Assembly (NCBI RefSeq): GCF_003324675.1
Contig: NZ_CP030918.1
Coordinates: forward strand, 1,500,001-1,532,000
Direction of reading: 5' to 3'
DNA: 32,000 nt
From: Paracoccus suum
GTDB lineage: Bacteria; Pseudomonadota; Alphaproteobacteria; Rhodobacterales; Rhodobacteraceae
Shown here: piece after piece, positions 29,599 to 32,000 of the stretch
How the letters are laid out: the number at the start of each line of letters is the position of its first letter
Numbering within the stretch: the stretch's first letter is position 1
Made by a program: the position numbers and the translations under genes
The notes under the pieces: model-generated
Told to the model about the DNA's origin: nothing
Databases searched by the model: none
What the model saw: only the letters and a program-made list of their open reading frames with translations

Positions 29599-31766
29599 CC
29601 CGGCAGCTGTTCGGCATCGACGGGCTGGCCTGCGCCGGCTGCGCGCGCGGGCTGGAAAAGCGCCTGCAGTCGCTGCCCGGCGTGCGCGCCGCCGGGGTGC
29701 ATTACCTGACCGCCTCAGCGCTGGTCGACTGGGATGAAAACCAGGCCAGCCGCGCCGACCTTTCGGCTGCCGTGGCCAAAGCCGGCTATGTGATGGCGCC
29801 GCGGCACCGACCGGACGAGGTTTCCGCCGCGATGGGACGCGATCTGCACCGGCTGGGCATCCGCCTTGCCGTCGCCGTCTTTGCTGGCATGTGGTCGATG
29901 GTGCCGGCGCTGGTGATCTATTTCACGGCGCTGGGTCCCGATGTCGCCTTCTGGCTAGCCGTTGCCTCAGGCCTTTTCGCGCTGCCAGTCGTATTCTGGG
30001 CCGGTTCCGGCATCCTGTGGATGGCCTGGCGCTCGGTCCTATTGCGCGCGCCGGGGATGGACCTGCTGATCGGCCTCGGCGCGCTGTCAGCCTGTGCGGT
30101 CTCGGCCTGGTCGCTGGCGCAAGGCCGGTCCGAGGTCTGGTTCGATACCGCGACAATGCTGATCACGCTGCTGTTGTTCGGGCGGCTGGTCGATACCGCG
30201 ACCCGGCGCAGCGCGGTCGATGCCCTGCGCGCGATGGAGGACGCCTCGCCGGAAACCGCCTTGGTCGAAACCGATGCCGGCTGGCAGCCGCAACCCTGCG
30301 CCGATGTGGCCATCGGCAGGCGCATCGCAGTCGATGCCGGCGCGCCGGTCAGCATGGACGGGGTGGTCCTTTCCGGGGACAGCCAGATCAACCGCGCTGT
30401 CCTGACGGGCGAGACGGCGCTGGTTGCTGTCGGATCGGGGGACCGGGTCGAGGCAGGTGCCATCAACCTCGGCCGGCGCCTGATCCTGAGGGTCGAGCGC
30501 GCTTTCGGCGACCGCGAGATCGACCGCATGGGCGGGGCCATCGCGCTGGAAGTGGCGCGGCGCGGCACCCGCGCCTCAGCCTCCGACCATTGGGCGGCGC
30601 GTCTGTCCGTGGCGATCCCGGCGCTGGCCGCGATCACCGCGCTGGTATCCTTTGGCCTGGGACTCGGGGCCGAGGCCGCGCTGCTGCGCGGGCTGACCCT
30701 GCTGGTCGCGGCCTGTCCCTGCGCCTTGGCGATTGCCCTGCCACTGGCGCAGATGCGCGCCGCCCAGACCGCCGCTGCCCAGGGCATGCGCCTGCGCGAT
30801 CCCGACGCCTTCGGCGCGCTCGGCCATCTCGGCAGCATCGTCTTTGACAAGACCGGCACGTTGACCACCGGCCAGTTGCAGGTGGTCGAGCTACGCCCGG
30901 CCGAAGGGATCGATGCCGCCCAGCTGTTGCAACTCGCTGCACTGGCCGAGACCGGGATCAGCCACCCCATCGCCCGGGCGATCATCGCCGCGCATGGCTG
31001 CGAGGCTGGGGTGGGCGGGCGCCGCCTGCCGCGCGGCGCCGAGGCCGAGGACGACGCAGGGCGCGTGGTCGAAATCGGCGCTGCCGGTCAGGCCGATGCG
31101 CAGGGGCGCAGCTGGCTGGTCGTCCGCCGCGACGGGCGCGAGGTCGGCCGCATCGCGCTGGCAGACACGCTGCGGCCAGAGGCGGCCTCCGTTCTTGCAA
31201 CGCTGCGGGAACAGGGGATTGTCCTGCACATGGCAACTGGCGACAGCGCGCCCGCGGCGCTTGCCCTGGCAGACCGGCTGGGGCTTTCGGCCGGCTCTGT
31301 CTCGCATGACTGCACGCCCAGCCAAAAGGCGGCGCTGCTGGGAAGCCTGCCGCGACCCGTGGCCTTCGTGGGCGACGGGGTCAATGACGGACCCGCGCTC
31401 GCCGCCGCTGATTGCGGGATCTCGGTCGCGGATGCCCATTCGGCCGCGGTGCAGACGGCGGCGGTCGTGATAACCGCCGGCGGGCTGACCCATATCGCCG
31501 GGGCCATCACGCTGTCCCGCGGCACCCGGCGGATCGCGCATCAGAACCTGGCCCTGGCATTGATTTATAACGCGTTCATGTTGCCGGCCGCCGCTTTCGG
31601 GCTGATCGGTCCGGCGGTCGCGGCGGCGGCGATGCTGGCGAGTTCCGTCTCGGTCATCCTGAATAGCCAGAGGCTCGGCCGGCGCGCCGCCGGCGAGGAT
31701 CGGCCGGCCGCCCCCCGGGCCGGCTGGATTTCGGCCGGCGTGGCCGATAAATTCGAAACGCTTTGA
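29595..31766 (+). CDS. ccoI: P1B-type Cu-translocating ATPase (CcoI/FixI-like)
   Basis: The start overlaps the tsdA-like stop (ATGA). Motifs are the HMA motif GLACAGC, the TM CPC motif CPCALAIALP, DKTGTLT, SHP and GDGVNDGPAL. Assignment as CcoI rather than CopA rests on operon context only. Confidence 0.8.
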   Translation: MTRQLFGIDGLACAGCARGLEKRLQSLPGVRAAGVHYLTASALVDWDENQASRADLSAAVAKAGYVMAPRHRPDEVSAAMGRDLHRLGIRLAVAVFAGMWSMVPALVIYFTALGPDVAFWLAVASGLFALPVVFWAGSGILWMAWRSVLLRAPGMDLLIGLGALSACAVSAWSLAQGRSEVWFDTATMLITLLLFGRLVDTATRRSAVDALRAMEDASPETALVETDAGWQPQPCADVAIGRRIAVDAGAPVSMDGVVLSGDSQINRAVLTGETALVAVGSGDRVEAGAINLGRRLILRVERAFGDREIDRMGGAIALEVARRGTRASASDHWAARLSVAIPALAAITALVSFGLGLGAEAALLRGLTLLVAACPCALAIALPLAQMRAAQTAAAQGMRLRDPDAFGALGHLGSIVFDKTGTLTTGQLQVVELRPAEGIDAAQLLQLAALAETGISHPIARAIIAAHGCEAGVGGRRLPRGAEAEDDAGRVVEIGAAGQADAQGRSWLVVRRDGREVGRIALADTLRPEAASVLATLREQGIVLHMATGDSAPAALALADRLGLSAGSVSHDCTPSQKAALLGSLPRPVAFVGDGVNDGPALAAADCGISVADAHSAAVQTAAVVITAGGLTHIAGAITLSRGTRRIAHQNLALALIYNAFMLPAAAFGLIGPAVAAAAMLASSVSVILNSQRLGRRAAGEDRPAAPRAGWISAGVADKFETL

Positions 31767-31775
31767 GGGTTCGAG

Positions 31776-32000
31776 ATGCAACATGTCACTCGCAGAACGG
31801 TCACGTTTGCCTTGCTCGCGCTGCTGGCCGCGTGCAGCCAGACAGATCCAAAGTTCAAGACCTACAACGGCCCGCCGGTGACCGAGATCGTCGTCAACAA
31901 GGGCGAGCGCCGCATGTACCTGATGAGCGGCCAGACCGTCCTGAAGGCCTATGAGGTCGGGCTCGGCAACGAGCCGGTCGGCACCAAGCATTTCGATGCC
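31776..32000 (+). CDS. L,D-transpeptidase (YkuD-family) lipoprotein, 5' part only
   Basis: My own translation from the ATG at 31776 is MQHVTRRTVTFALLALLAACSQ (lipobox) ...VVNKGERRMYLMSGQTVLKAYEVGLGNEPVGTKHFDA, typical of the start of a YkuD domain. It stays open to the window end. Confidence 0.65.
   Translation, partial: MQHVTRRTVTFALLALLAACSQTDPKFKTYNGPPVTEIVVNKGERRMYLMSGQTVLKAYEVGLGNEPVGTKHFDA

Noticed and set aside
28294-31991. Minus-strand ORFs 28294-29475 (393 aa), 29918-30985 (355 aa) and 30891-31991 (366 aa)
   Set aside because: They are antisense shadows of the cytochrome and P-type ATPase genes, and they cross plus-strand gene boundaries.
1-32000. Genomic-island or mobile-element interpretation of either candidate system
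   Set aside because: There are no integrase, transposase or tRNA genes and no flanking direct repeats. Apart from short AT-rich promoter patches, I see no evident shift in GC content or codon usage, so both clusters look like native chromosomal loci.

Overview
This is a GC-rich chromosomal segment with strong GC3 codon bias. It looks alphaproteobacterial, of the Rhodobacteraceae or Paracoccus type; that is inferred from the DUF1127+CcsR sRNA locus, the Hint_2-type protein and the gene content. I see no rRNA, tRNA, CRISPR array, transposase or integrase. All homology calls come from motif recognition by eye and memory; nothing was searched.

Gene content, left to right:
- rlmJ (cut by the window edge)
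- a DUF1127 gene followed by an array of CCUCCC-loop (CcsR/'cuckoo') sRNA hairpins
- apbC and ftsB
- a Hint-domain protein paired with an HlyC-type acyltransferase homologue
- an M20 peptidase
- a tightly coupled seven-gene operon (6552-13596)
- deoC and a fused aldehyde dehydrogenase
- a META lipoprotein and a siderophore-interacting reductase
- an envelope redox block (18.5-31.8 kb): a DsbD/ScsB-like, TlpA-like and 2x DsbA-like module, a QseBC/PmrAB-like two-component system, and a non-canonical cbb3-type oxidase operon
- a partial L,D-transpeptidase gene

The seven-gene operon encodes a TelA-like coiled-coil protein, a classical AAA+ ATPase, two large proteins with no domain I can recognise, and three small membrane proteins including a DUF1523 protein. 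The oxidase operon encodes a CcoS-CcoN fusion, CcoO, a membrane-anchored triheme cytochrome with a TsdB-like part, a TsdA-like diheme cytochrome and a CcoI-like Cu-ATPase.

The two best candidates for something undescribed are:
1. The seven-gene AAA+/coiled-coil/membrane operon.
2. A predicted regulon marked by four copies of a rare CTTAAG-N5-CTTAAG tandem box. It ties the periplasmic thiol-reductase genes to the TsdA-linked cbb3-like oxidase.

Many long antisense 'shadow' ORFs in the track were rejected.
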